Below the pieces are notes generated by a model. The model ran no database searches and was not told where the DNA came from. It was given only the letters and a program-made list of their open reading frames with translations. From Heptranchias perlo (taxonomy: Eukaryota), in contig NC_090330.1 in assembly GCF_035084215.1 (NCBI RefSeq), positions 3,782,001-3,846,000 on the forward strand: a stretch of DNA of 64,000 nucleotides. The letters run 5' to 3'. Every line of letters begins with the position of its first letter. The first letter of the stretch is position 1. The translations under genes and the position numbers were made by a program. Shown here one piece after another: positions 45,436 through 58,875 of this stretch.

Positions 45436-48400
45436 TAGAACCATAGAACCATAGAAAAGATACAGCACAGAAGGGGGCCATTCGGCCCATCGTGTCCGCG
45501 CCGGCACGAAGAACAACCAGGTGCCCATTCTAATCCCACCTTCCAGCACCCAGTCCGTAGCCCTGCAGCTTACAGCACTTTAGGTGCAGGTCCAGATACT
45601 TTTTTAAAGAGTTGAGGGTCCCTGCCTCTACCACCAATTCGGGCAGTGAATTCCATACACCCACCACCCTCTGGGTAAAAAAGTTTATCCTCATGACCCC
45701 GCTATTCCTTCCGCCAATCAGCTTAAATCTATGCCCTCTAGTTCTTAAACTCTCCGCTAGGGGAAACAGGTACTTCCTGTCTACTCTATCTGGGCCTCTC
45801 ATAATTTTGTACACCTCAATCAAGTCACCTCTCAGCCTCCTCTGCTCCAAGGAAAACAACCCCAGCCTATCCAATCTCTCCTCGTAGCTGCAATTTTCAA
45901 GCCCTGGCAACAATCTTGTAAATCTTCTCTGCACTCTCTCCAGAGCAATTACGTCCTTCCTGTAACGTGGTGACCAGAACTGCGCACAATACTCCAGCTG
46001 TGGCCTTACCAGCGTTTTATACAGTTCCATCATTACATCCCTGCTTTTGTATTCTATACCTCGGCTAATAACGGAGAGCATTCCGTATGCCTTCTTCACA
46101 ACCTTATCTACCTGTACTGCCACCTTCAGGGACCTGTGCACATGCACTCCAAGGTCTCTCACTTCCTCTACCCCTCTCAATATATTCCCGTTTACTGCGT
46201 ATTCCCTTTTACTGTTTGCCCTCCCTAAGTGCATTACCTCACACTTCTCCGGGTTGAACTCCATTTGCCACTTTTCCGCCCACTCCACCAACCCATTGAT
46301 ATCTTCTTGGAGTCTACAGCTATCCTCTTCACTATCAACTACACGGCCAATTTTTGTGTCGTCTGCAAATTTGCCAATCATGCCCCCTACATTCAAGTCC
46401 AAATCATTAATATATACCACAAACAGCAAGGGACCCAACACTGAGTCCTGTGGCATACCACTGGAAACGGATTTCCATTCGCAAAGACATCCATCGACTT
46501 TTACCCTTTGTTTCATGTTACTGAGCCAATTTTGGATCCAATTTGCCACATTTCCCTGTATCCCATGGGCTTTTACCTTTCTGACCAGTCTGCCATGTGG
46601 GACCTTGTCAAATGCTTCACTAAAATCCATGTAGACAACATCCACTGCACTACCCTCATCAATCCTCCTTGTCACTTACTCAAAGAATTCAATCAGATTT
46701 GTATAGCATGACCTTCCCTGAACAAATCCATGCTGACTATCCCTGATTAAACCATGCCTTTCCAAGTGACAGTTTATCCTATCTCTCAGTATTGATTCTA
46801 ATAGTTTGCCCACCACTGAGGTAAGACTGACCGACCTATAATTGTTTGGCCTTTCCCTCGTACCCTTTTTTAAACAATGGTACTACGTTTGCAGTCTTCC
46901 AGTCCTCCGGTACCTCCCCTGTATCCAGTGAGGATTGGAAAATGATCCTCAGAGCATCCGCTATTTCCTCCCTGGCTTCCTTCAATAGCCTAGGAAACAA
47001 TCCATCCGGCCCTGGTGACTTATCAACTTTCAAGGATTCCAGTCCCTCCAGTACTTCCTCTCTCGTTATGTTTACCTTAGTCCAATATTTCACACCTCTC
47101 CTCTTTAACTACTACGTCCGGATCATCCCTTTCCTTTGTGAATATGGAGACAAAATATTCATTTAAAACCCTACCCACATCCTTCTACACACAAGTTACC
47201 CTTATCATCCCTGATAGGTCCCACCTTTTCCTTAGCTATCCTCTTGTTCTTAATGTACTGATAAAACATCTTTGGGTTTTCTTTAATCTTACTAGCTAAT
47301 ATTTTTTCATGCCCTCTCTTTGCTTTCCTTATTTCCTTTTTTACGTCATCCCTGTACTTTCTATACTCCTCTAGGCTTTCTGCAGTATTTAGTTTTCTGT
47401 GACAGTCATAAGCTTTCTTTTTCTGCTTTATTTTGCCCCGTATACTTCGAGACAACCAGGGGGCTCTAAATTTGGCACTGCCACCCTTTTTCTTTGAGGG
47501 GACGTGTCTGCATTGTACCCGTAGAATTCCACTTTTTAGTGCCTCCCACTGGCTTGCCACTGATTTCTCCTCAAGTAGTTGTGTCCAGTCCACTTCTGCC
47601 AAATCACCTCTTAGTTCTGTAAAATTTGCCTTCCCCCAATTTAAAACATTTACTCCTGATTTAACTCTGTCCTTTTCCTAATAATGCTAAAACTAACTGA
47701 ATTGTGGTCACTATCCCCAATATGGTCACCCACTGTCACTTCACCCACTTGCCCATCTTCATTTCCCAGGACTAAATCTAGAATTGCATCCCCTCTTGTT
47801 GGGCTTGTCACGTACTGGCTAAAAAAGTTCTCCTGGACACCGATCAGGAATTTTGCGCCCTCTGTGCCCCTCACACTGTTTGAATCCCAGTTGATGTTAG
47901 GGTAGTTGAAGTCCCCTACTATTATTGCCCTCTTATTTTTGCACTCAGAAATTTGCCTACCTATTTGTTCTTCTATCTCCCTTTCGCTATTCGGTGGTCT
48001 ATAGTACACTCCTAGTAATGTGACTGCCCCCTTTTTATTTCTTAGCTCAACCCATATGGCCTCGATTGATGATCCATTTAGCATATCATCCCTTCTCACA
48101 ACTGTAATTGATTCTTTAACCAATAATGCTACCCCCCCTCCTTTTTTATCACCCACTCTATCCTGCCTGAACACTCTATATCCAGGGATATTGAGCTGCC
48201 AATTATCCCCCTCTTTAAGCCAGGTTTCCATTATAGCAATGATATCATGCTGCCATGTGTCTATCTGTGCCCTTAGCTCATCTGCTTTGTTTGTAACACT
48301 CCTTGCATTGACCCCATCAAATTCCTGTGCTGAACACTATTTAACCTTTGCTTCTTTTGCCTTTCTGAGTCGCTAACTATGTCACTAACTACTTTTCTAC

Positions 48401-48845
48401 TTTCCGTTTCCTGGTCTGAATTTGTCCTATCTGTACCTGCCCTTTGGTTCCCATCCCCCTGCCATACTAGTTTAAACCCTCCCCAACAGAATTAGCAAAT
48501 GCCCCCGCGAGGATATTGGTCCTGGTTCTGCTTGGGTGCAACCCGTCCAGCTTGTACAGGTCCCGCCTTTCCCAGAATCGGTCCCAACGCCTCAGGAATT
48601 TAAACCCCTCCCTCCTACACCATCTCTCAAGCCACGCATTCATCTGGTCTATTCTCCTATTTCTGCTTTCGATAGCACGTGGCACTGGGAGTAATCCTGA
48701 GATTACTACCTTAGAGGTCCTGCTTTTTAATTTATTTCCTAACTCCCTATATTCTGCTTGCCGGACCTCATCCCTTTTTTTTACCAATGTCGTTGGTACC
48801 GATATGGACCTCTGGCTGTTCACCCTCCCCCTTCAGAATGTCCAG
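45436..48845 (-). mobile_element. CR1 LINE, 5' truncated, with ORF1 remnant and frameshifted ORF2
   Basis: ORF1 SGNH/esterase-like VVISGLLPVP...DGLHP (48467-48823); APE ETWL, YRPP, GDFN, LDLVL, SDH (47650-48231); RT 45530-46675 with PQDSVLGP and FADD; (ttctatgg)n tail. Confidence 0.92.
45530..46675 (-). pseudogene. CR1 reverse transcriptase remnant ORF (381 aa)
   Basis: DFSEAFDKVPH, GKFADDTKIG, VWNSLP; upstream ORF2 parts are in other frames. Confidence 0.85.
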
Positions 48846-49394
48846 AATTGTGTTTGCTTACAAAACAGTGACTACACTTCACAAATAATTAATTGATTGC
48901 AACGTAGTTTGGGACACCCAGTGACAATATTTGTGTGAGGAGTCATGCTGAATACTGAGTGTTACCTGAATCACCAGGTGCAGAATGGCACTATATCTTT
49001 CAATACTAGGTACATAAATCAAATCAACAGATGGCAGTCACCCAGAAGGAGAGACCATCTAAAACATTGGACAAGGCAATTTCCTATTCTCAATTTTAAG
49101 TACCTAACTTATAATTAATTGCTTGCAATACAAACATTAACAAAGCTTTTGATAATTGGATTCAATTTGGACTGCTGCTGCACTGAAAAATTTCCCATGG
49201 CATTTGATAGTTTGCACAGTTGAATGTAAAAAGATAATAAGACTACCCTACGACAAAACATATTTATCCTTGGATAATAAACTAGTCAGGTAAACCAATA
49301 ACGGAAGGTAAGCATTGAGAATTAACAGTTTAATTCGAGTTTAATAAAAGACACAAGCTGTATATTGGGTACATTGTGTACAATTTTGGTCTCT

Positions 49395-49900
49395 ATAGAG
49401 GGAGTGCAACGAAGGTTCACCAGACTGATTCCTGGGATGGCGGGATTGTGGTATGAGGAGAGATTGAGTAGATTAGGCCTGTATTCTCTAGAGTTTAGAA
49501 GAATGAGAGGTGATCTCATTGAAACATATAAAATTCTTACAGGGCTCGACAGGATGGATGCAGGGAGGATGTTTCCCCTGGCTGGGGAGTCTAGAACCAG
49601 GGGTCACAGTCTCAGAATAAGGGGTAGGTCTTTTAGGACTGAGATGAGGGGAAATTTCTTCACTCAGAGGGTGGTGAATCTTTGGAATTCTCTACCCCAG
49701 AGGGCTGTGGAGGCTCAGTCATTGAGTACATTCAAAACAGAGATCGATAGATTTCTAGAAAGTAAAGGCATCAAGGGATATGGGGATGGTGCAGGAAAAT
49801 GACGTTGAGGTAGAAGATCAGCCATGATCTTGTTGAATGGCGGAGCAGGCTCGAGGGGCCGGATGGCCTACTCCTGCTCCTATTTCTTATGTTCTTATGT
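49395..49900 (+). mobile_element. CR1-type LINE 3' fragment
   Basis: EGVQRRFTRLIPG...LWNSLPQRAVEA; ttcttatgttcttatg tail. Confidence 0.85.
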
Positions 49901-50261
49901 TTATTATAAGTGACAGAGATGTATGCGAGATGTTTGGAGGAAAGGTCTACAACTTAAAACGATCCACAAACAAACATTCAGGGACTAAACTGCACATAGC
50001 AATCGAGAGAACTTTATATTTATTGTTAATAAACCATTTAAAAAAAATAAGGATGAGTTATTCAAATAGATGAGTGAGGCTACAGGTCCAATAAGGGTAG
50101 AAGTTTGTATCAGCATGGACCTGGTCCCAACACTTAATCTCCTGTGCCAAAGTCTTCTGCGGTATTTTAAATGTAGGAACTAACTCAATGGGTTAACATG
50201 GCGTTAAATAGTGCAGTGAGGAATTTGGTATGAGCGCCTTAAATGTTTGCACCCGTAAAAT

Positions 50262-50410
50262 GTAAGGAATCTTACAACACCAGGTTATAGTCCAACAGTT
50301 TTATTTGAAAATCACAAGCTTTCGGAGATTATCTCCTTCGTCAGGTGAGTGAGTGAAAGAGAGGTTCTCGAATCGCATATCACCCCAGTCCATCACCGGC
50401 ATCTCCACAT
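50262..50410 (-). mobile_element. Penelope-like terminal fragment with hammerhead ribozyme (50311-50349)
   Basis: Minus strand UCAC-CUGACGA-A-GGAGA(UAA)UCUCC-GAAA-GCUU-GUGA followed by aaataaaactgttggactataacctggtgttgtaag, as in the 6218 and 29178 copies. Confidence 0.75.
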
Positions 50411-50614
50411 CGTTTGCACCCAAACAGCGGCAATAGTAACCTCTATGCTAAAGATTCGTTTTGTTAGGCTCCATTCAGAGTGCAATCAGTTCAAAGCTGG
50501 CTGGAGTGGGATGGGGGTAATTTTCAATTTAACTGTGGGGGTATAAAAACGGCAGGATGAGCCCCCAATTTTCCTCTCGATTGGGGGTAACTCTCAAATT
50601 CGGCTGTGACCCCC

Positions 50615-50922
50615 TCCGAGGTCTCTGTGCTCCTCCAATCCTGCCCACTTGCCCATCCCCGATTTCCTTTGCTCCACCATTGGCGGCCGTGCCTTCAGCT
50701 GCGTAGGCCCTAAGTTCTGGAATTCCCTCCCTAAACCTCTCTCCGCCTCTCTCTCCTCCTTTAAGACACTCCTTAAAACCTACCTCTTTGACCAAGCTTT
50801 TGGTTACCAGTCATAATATCTCCTATGTGGCTTGGTATCAAATTTTGTCTGATTACACTCCTGTGAAACGTCTTGGGACATTTTACTACGCTAAAGGCAC
50901 GATATAAATGCAAGTTGTTGTT
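50615..50922 (+). mobile_element. L2-type LINE 3' end
   Basis: ccaccattggcggccgtgccttcagc...ataaatgcaagttgttgttg. Confidence 0.8.
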
Positions 50923-51504
50923 GCCTGATCAGTCAACGACTGCGATGGCAGAAAACCCCCCCATTGCAGGCTACAGTTTCCCCATCATGTCTGCTACCAT
51001 GGAAACCTCTCCTTCCGACACACAGCTCCCACTCCTATTGCGACGGTGGTCCTGACTGAAATTCAACCTAGTAGGTGGGACACCGTAGCTACTCTGAGCT
51101 CGAGTGACAGAGAACACTGCGAAGCTGCCACCAAGAAGGTGACTGCACTCTGAAAAGTGGACATTGCCTACAGTGGTGGGCAAGGACAAAATCTGTCCAT
51201 TTTAAGGCAGACAGCAATTGAGAAAGTTAGTCCAGGAATAGTACCAATGAATCATAGAATGGTTACAGAAGGAGGCCATTCGGCAATCCAGTTAGTCCCA
51301 CACCCCCTCCCTTTCCCCATAGCCCGGCAATTTTTTTTTCCTTCAAGTATTTATCCAATTCCCTTTTGAAAGCCACGATTGAATCTGCTTCCATCGCCCT
51401 CAGGCAGAGCATTCCACATCATAACCACTCCAAAAAATAAAGTTTCAATTCTCAGGGTCCCAGGAGCACATTTTTAAGCATTTGGTAGAATCGATGTGAA
51501 GGTT

Positions 51505-52412
51505 TCCCAACTAACCTATGTGGGAGTCTCCTAACTAACCAGTGCGAGTCTCCTAACTAACCAGTGTGAGAGTCTCCCAACTAACCAGTGCGAGTCTCCT
51601 AACTAACTAGTGCGAGTCTCCTAACTAACCAGTGCGAGAGTCTCCCAACTAACCAGTGCGAGAGTCTCCCAACTAACCAGTGTGAGAGTCTCCCAACTAA
51701 CCAGTGCGAGTCTCCTAACTAACCAGTGTGCGAGTCTCCCAACTAACCAGTGTGAGAGTCTCCTAACCAACCTATGTGAGAATCTCCCAACTAACCTGTG
51801 AGAGTCTCCTAACTAACCTATGTGAGAGTCTCCTAACTAACCAGTGTGAGAGTCTCCTAACTAACCTGTGTGAGAGTCTCCTAACTAACCAGTGCGAGAG
51901 TCTCCTAACTAACCTGTGTGAGAGTCTCCCAACTAACCTGTGAGAGTCTCCCAACTAACCAGTGCGAGAGTCTCCTAACTAACCAGTGCGAGAGTCTCCC
52001 AACTAACCAGTGCGAGAGTCTCCCAACTAACCAGTGCGAGAGTCTCCCAACTAACCAGTGTGAGAGTCTCCCAACTAACCAGTGCGAGTCTCCCAACTAA
52101 CCAGTGCGAGTCTCCTAACTAACCAGTGTGTGAGTCTCCCAACTAACCAGTGTGAGATTCTCCTAACTAACCTATGTGAGAATCTCCCAACTAACCTGTG
52201 AGAGTCTCCTAACTAACCTATGTGAGAGTCTCCTAACTAACCAGTGTGAGAGTCTCCTAACTAACCAGTGCGAGAGTCTCCTAACTAACCTGTGTGAGAG
52301 TCTCCCAACTAACCTGTGAGAGTCTCCCAACTAACCAGTGCGAGAGTTCTCCTAACTAACCAGTGTGAGAGTCTCCCAACTAACCTGTTGGAGAGTCTCC
52401 TAACTAACCTGT
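51505..52412. repeat. 21-23-bp minisatellite (~40 copies)
   Basis: Unit gagagtctcc(c/t)aactaaccagtg(c/t) with length variants. Confidence 0.95.
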
Positions 52413-52789
52413 ACCATTGCCTGTCTTGCTCTACCCCCTGAACGTGCATCCATTGATTATCCTGGTTATGGTAATTTTGTTCATGGTTGGTCTGATGACA
52501 GAAGGCAATTCACCTCCAGGCCCTCTGTGTGTAGCCTGGGAATGACCATCAGTATCATTATGGGGACCTGTCTGGAGAGTCTTATTAAGGGAGGTCGCCT
52601 CTTTGAGAAAGTATGAAGGTAAACAGCTTTGAAATATTTTATTTATTTTACCTCACCCAGCGAGGGAAGGACTGTATACCGATGTCCCAGTGCTCTTTTA
52701 TCTCTGGAAGGAAAGATTGTCAAGAAAGAACTCATACCTTAAAAAGGACTGGGTGGCATTGAACACGGGGGCTGGAGATAGAACTCATT

Positions 52790-54225
52790 AGAGAGAGTTC
52801 CAGAATTCCACGAACCTTTGGATGAAAAGCTGTATCCTAATTTTACTCCTGAATGACCTAGCTCTAATTGTAAAATTGTGTCCCCCTTTGTTCTTGATTC
52901 CCCGACCAGAGAAAATAGCTTTTCTGCACCTGCTCTATCGAATCCTTTTATCATTTTAAATACCACAATTAGATCATAAGATGATAAGATAAGATAAGAA
53001 ATAGGAGCAGGAGTACTCCTCACGGCCCCTCGAGCCTGCTCCACCATTCAGTAAGATCATGGCTGGTCTTCAACCTCAACTCCACTTTCCTGCCCTATCC
53101 CCATAGCCCTTGATTCCCTTAGTGTCCAAAAATCTAATCGATCTCAGTCTTGAATATACTCAATGACTGAGCATCCACAGCCCTCTGGGGTAGAGAATTC
53201 CAAAGATTCACAACCCTCTGAGTGAAGAAATGCCTCCTCATCTCAGTCTTAAATGGCCGACCTCTTACCTCGAGATCACCCCTCAACCTTCTGAACCCAA
53301 GGGAACACAGCCCTTAGTTTATGGAACCAGTCCTCATAATTTAACCCTCTAAGCCCCAGTTTCATTCTTGTGACTCTGTACTGCACCCCCCTTCCAAGGC
53401 CGATATATCCTTTCTGAGGTGCGGTGCCTAGAGTTGTACACAGTACTTCAGATGGGTACATCTACTGTCTTTGACCGTTTTATCACTGAGTCATAGAGTC
53501 ATAGAGTTATACAGCACGGATAGAGGCCCTTCGGCCCATCGTGTCCGCGCCGGCCATCAGCCCTGTCTACTCTAATCCCATATTCCAGCATTTGGTCCGT
53601 AGCCTTGTATGCTATGGCATTTCAAGTGCTCATCCAAATGCTTCTTGAATGTTGTGAGGGTTCCTGCCTCCACAACCCTTTCAGGCAGTGAGTTCCAGAC
53701 TCCAACCACCCTCTGGGTGAAAAAGTTCTTTCTCAAATCCCCTCTAAACCTCCCGCCTTTTACCTTGAATCTATGCCCCCTTGTTATAGAACCCTCAACG
53801 AAGGGAAAAAGCTCCTTAGTATCCATCCTATCTGTGCCCCTCATAATTTTGTACACCTCAATCATGTCCCCCCTCAGCCTCCTCTGCTCCAAGGAAAACA
53901 AACCCAATCTTCCCAGTCTCTCTTCATAGCTGAAGCGCTCCAGCCCTGGTAACATCCTGGTGAATCTCCTCTGCACCCTCTCCAAAGCGATCACATCCTT
54001 CCTGTAGTGTGGCGACCAGAACTGCACACAGTACTCCAGCTGTGGCCTAACCAGTGTTTTATACAGCTCCATCATAACCTCCTTGCTCTTATATTCTATG
54101 CCTCGGCTAATAAAGGCAAGTATCCCATATGCCTTCTTTACCACCTTATCTACCTGTTCCGCCGCCTTCAGGGATCTGTGAACTTGCACACCAAGATCCC
54201 TCTGACCCTCTGTCTTGCCTAGGGT
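52790..54225 (-). mobile_element. Cluster of nested/adjacent CR1 3' fragments
   Basis: 53572-54189 ORF (VRPQLEYCVQFWSP...VWNSLP) with (tatgactc)n tail; further CR1 pieces at 52790-53450. Confidence 0.8.
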
Positions 54226-54664
54226 CCTCCCTGGTGGCTAATTGTTTTTCTAGATTGCTTAGTTATGAAGTAACTGTTCCATTAATTATATCCGTGTTAC
54301 TAAGGAAGTGAAAATCCAAACTGTAGTACTTATGTTAATCATTACCTTTTTACGAGTCTTTTTGTGACCTTGTTGAAGTTTCACATTTATTCAGTTGGGT
54401 TTTTGTTGCAGTAGATGAGTTTAAGGCTGAGAGTTTGATGTTTTTTTAGAATCATAAAAAGGTTACAGCGCCAAAGGAGGCCATTCGGCCCATTGAGTCC
54501 GCGCCGGCTCTATGCAAGAGCAAATAAATTCTAATTTTATTTGATGCAGACCTTTCGATGGCGTATGTGCGACTTTGTTACCTATATAATGAAAGGTCTT
54601 GCATCTAGCATGGGTCAGTAGCATCACACCTTTAAATTCACTGCTATTTCCCTTCCAGGAATGT

Positions 54665-55050
54665 ATAGAAGATTAAGGGATGATCTGATTGAGGTGGTTA
54701 AAAGGATCTGATAGGGTAGATAGGGAGAAACTATTTCCTCTAATGGGGGAATCGAGAACGGGGGGACATAATCTGAAAATTAGAGATGGGCCATTCAGGA
54801 GCGAAATCAGGAAGCGTTTTTCATACAAAGAGTAGTAGAAATCTGGAACTCTTTCCCTCCTGCTAACCCCTATCGGCTGTGGTCGCGGGGGGGCCAATTG
54901 GAGCTTCCAAGACAGAGATCGATAGATTTTTGTTGGGTAAGGGTATCAAGGGATTTGGAGCTAAGGCAGGTAAATGGAGATGAGGCACAGATCAGCCGTG
55001 ATCCAACTGAATGACGGAATAGGCTCGAGGGGCAGAATGGCCTCCTCCTG
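54665..55050 (+). mobile_element. CR1-type LINE 3' fragment
   Basis: agaagattaagggatgatctgattgagg...gatagatttttgttgggtaagggtatcaaggg. Confidence 0.7.
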
Positions 55051-55330
55051 TACCTGTCTTTTAGAAAATGACCTCCATTCCAAATTTCCGACTGTGTGAG
55101 GTTCTGCGCCAGGATCATTGATTTGTTAAATCTACTCCCAGTCATTTTTACTTCTGCCCGGCAACATTGATTTTTCACTCAGCAAAGGATGTGAAATTAA
55201 TCCAGCCCGAAACTCCCACTCTGTTGCTCTTTCGCGAAATTTCTGGGAATCGCCAGCTGAATGGGTGAAACTTCGGTCCAGTGGGAGCATTCCCGCCTCT
55301 GAGTGAGAAGGTGCAGGGTTTGAACCTCCA

Positions 55331-57670
55331 CTCCAGACAGTCCCGGAGAGTGGAGACCGGAGCTCCAGACAGTCCCGGGGAGTGGAGACCGGAGCCCCAG
55401 ACAGTCCCAGTGAGTGAAGACCGGAGCTCCAGACAGTCCCGGGGAGTGGAGACCAGAGCCCCAGACAGTCCCGGTGAGCGGAGACCGGAGCTCCAGACAG
55501 TCCCGGTGAGTGGAGACCGGAGCTCCAGACAGTCCCAGTGAGTGAAGACCGGAGCTCCAGACAGTCCCGGTGAGTGGAGACCGGAGCCCCAGACGGTCCC
55601 GGTGAGTGAAGACCGGAGCTCCAGACAGTCCCGGTGAGTGGAGACCGGAGCTCCAGACAGTCCCAGTGAGTGAAGACCGGAGCTCCAGACAGTCCCGGGG
55701 AGTGGAGACCAGAGCTCCAGACAGTCCCGGTGAGTGAAGACCGGAGCTCCAGACAGTCCCGGTGAGCGGAGACCGGAGCTCCAGACAGTCCCGGGGAGTG
55801 GAGACCAGAGCTCCAGACAGTCCCGGTGAGTGAAGACCGGAGCTCCAGACAGTCCCGGGGAGTGGAGACCAGAGCTCCAGACAGTCCCGGTGAGTGAAGA
55901 CCGGAGCTCCAGACAGTCCCGGGGAGTGAAGACCGGAGCTCCAGACAGTCCCGGTGAGTGAAGACCGGAGCTCCAGACAGTCCCGGTGAGTGAAGACCGG
56001 AGCTCCAGACAGTCCCGGGGAGTGGAGACCAGAGCTCCAGACAGTCCCGGTGAGTGAAGACCGGAGCTCCAGACAGTCCCGGTGAGTGGGGATCAGAGCT
56101 CCAGACAGTCCCGGGGAGTGGAGACCAGAGCTCCAGACAGTCCCGGTGAGTGAAGACCGGAGCTCCAGACAGTCCCGGGGAGTGGAGACCAGAGCTCCAG
56201 ACAGTCCCAGTGAGTGGAGACCGGAGCTCCAGACAGTCCCGGGGAGTGGAGACCAGAGCTCCAGACAGTCCCGGTGAGTGAAGACCGGAGCTCCAGACAG
56301 TCCCGGTGAGTGGGGATCAGAGCTCCAGACAGTCCCAGTGAGTGGAGACCAGAGCTCCAGACAGTCCCGGTGAGTGGGGATCAGAGCTCCAGACAGTCCC
56401 GGTGAGTGGGGATCAGAGCTCCAGACAGTCCCAGTGAGTGAAGACCGGAGCTCCAGACAGTCCCGGTGAGTGGAGACCAGAGCTCCAGACAATCCCGGTG
56501 AGTGGAGACCAGAGCTCCAGACAGTCCCGGTGAGTGGAGACCAGAGCTCCAGACAGTCCCGGTGAGTGGAGACCAGAGCTCCAGACAGTCCCGGTGAGTG
56601 GGGACCAGAGCTCCAGACAGTCCCGGTGAGTGGGGACCAGAGCTCCAGACAGTCCCGGTGAGTGGAGACCAGAGCTCCAGACAGTCCCAGTGAGTGGAGA
56701 CCAGAGCTCCAGACAGTCCCGGTGAGTGGGGATCAGAGCTCCAGACAGTCCCGGTGAGTGGGGATCAGAGCTCCAGACAGTCCCAGTGAGTGAAGACCGG
56801 AGCTCCAGACAGTCCCGGTGAGTGGAGACCAGAGCTCCAGACAGTCCCGGTGAGTGGAGACCAGAGCTCCAGACAGTCCCGGTGAGTGGAGACCAGAGCT
56901 CCAGACAGTCCCGGTGAGTGGAGACCAGAGCTCCAGACAGTCCCGGTGAGTGGGGACCAGAGCTCCAGACAGTCCCGGTGAGTGGGGACCAGAGCTCCAG
57001 ACAGTCCCGGTGAGTGGGGATCAGAGCTCCAGACAGTCCCGGTGAGTGGGGACCAGAGCTCCAGACAGTCCCGGTGAGTGAAGACCGGAGCTCCAGACAG
57101 TCCCGGAGAGTGGAGGCCGGAGCTCCAGTCAGTCCCAGTGAATGGGGACCAGAGCTCCAGATGGTTCCAGGGACCGGAGACCGGAGTTGCAGACAGTCCC
57201 GGTGAGTGGAGACCAGAGCTCCAGACAGTCCCAGTGAGTGGAGGCCGGAGCTCCAGACAGTCCCGGAGAGTGGAGACTGGAGCTCCAGACAGTCCCAGTG
57301 AGTGGAGACCGGAGCTCCAGACAGTCCCTGTGAGTGGAGACCTGAGATCCAGACAATCCCGACGAGTGGAGACCAGAGCTCCAGACAGTCCCTGTGAGTG
57401 GAGACCAGAGCTCCAGACAGTCCCAGTGAGTGGAGACCAGAGCTCCAGACAGTCCCTGTGAGTGGAGACCAGAGCTCCAGACAGTCCCTGTGAGTGGAGG
57501 CCAGAGCTCCAGACAGTCCCTGTGAGTGGAGACCAGAGCTCCAGACAGTCCCTGTGAGTGGAGGCCAGAGCTCCAGACAGTCCCTGTGAGTGGAGACCAG
57601 AGCTCCAGACAGTCCCAGTGAGTGGAGACCAGAGCTCCAGACAGTCCCTGTGAGTGGAGGCCAGAGCTCC
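55331..57670. repeat. 31-bp GC-rich minisatellite (~75 copies)
   Basis: Unit gagctccagacagtcccggtgagtggagacc(a/g) repeated over ~2.3 kb. Confidence 0.97.
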
Positions 57671-57754
57671 AGCTCTGAATTCTGGGTTGCCATCCAGAGG
57701 GATACTCGTGTCCGGTGGGTGCGAGTGGCTCCCCCTCATCGTATGGATCGTGGG

Positions 57755-58875
57755 AGCCCATAAAGCCCATGGGATCCAAGGGAATGTGGCAAGTTGGATC
57801 CAAAATTGGCTCAGTGGCAGGAAGCAAAGGGTAATGGTCGACGGGTGTTTTTGTGACTGGAAGGCTGTTTCCAGTGGGGTTCCGCAGGGCTCAGTGCTAG
57901 GTCCCTTGCTTTTTGTGGTATATGTTAATGATTTAGACTTAAATGTAGGGGGCATGATCAAGAAGTTTGCAGATGATACAAAAATTGGCCGTGTGGTTGA
58001 TAGTGAGGAGGAAAGCTGTAGACTGCAGGAAAATATCAATGGACTGGTCAGGTGGGCAAATGGAATTCAATCCAGAGAAGTGTGAGGTAATGTATTTGGG
58101 GAGGGCAAACAAAGATAGAGAATACACAATAAATGGGAGGATACTGAGAGGTGTAGAGGAAGTGAGGGACCTTGGAGTGCATGTCCACAGATCCCTGAAG
58201 GTAGCAGGACCGGTAGATAAGGCTGTTAAGAAGGCATATGGGATACCTTCCTTTGTTAGCTGAGGCATAAAATATTAGAGCAGGGAGGTTATGCTAGGAC
58301 TGTATAAAACACTAGTTAGGTCACAGCTTGAGTACTGCGTACAGTTCTGGTCACCACATTACAGGAAAGATGTGATTGCACTAGAGAGGGTGCAGAGGAG
58401 ATTTACGAGGATGTTGGCAGGACTGGAGAATTTTAGCCATGAGGAAAGTTTGGATAGGCTGGGGTTGTTCTCATTGGAACAGAGGAGGCTGAGGGGAGAT
58501 TTAATTGAGGTGTACAAAATTATGAGGGGCCTAGATAGAGTGGATAGGTAGGACCTGATTTCCTTAGCAGAGAGGTCAATAACCAGGGGGGCATAGATTT
58601 CAAGTAAATGGTAGAAGGGTTAGAGGGGAGCTGAGGAGAAATTTTTTCACCCAGAGTGTTTTGGGGGTCTGGAACTCACTGCCTGAAAGGGTGGTAGAGG
58701 CAGAAACCCTCAATCGCATCTAAAAAGTACTTGGATGTGCACTTGAAGTGCCGTAACCCACAGGGCTACGGACCAAGAGCTGGAAAGTGGGATTAGGCTG
58801 GGTGGCTCCTTCTCGGCCAGCACAGACACGATGGGCCGAATGGCCTCCTTCTGTGCCGTAAATTTCTATGATTCT
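57755..58875 (+). mobile_element. CR1-type LINE RT to 3' end
   Basis: SGVPQGSVLGPLLFVVYVNDL, KKFADDTKIG, YCVQFWSP; ttctatgattcta tail. Confidence 0.88.

Noticed and set aside
50925-51230. Possible coding remnant in a GC-balanced unique stretch
   Set aside because: No recognisable motif in any frame by eye; cannot be supported without a database search
51505-52412. CRISPR-like regular repeats
   Set aside because: Head-to-tail units without unique spacers, eukaryotic context and no cas genes; the same applies to the other two arrays
55197-58039. Three 420-430 aa minus-strand ORFs and related shorter ORFs
   Set aside because: Translations of the stop-free 31-bp tandem repeat (93-nt super-period), with no domain signature
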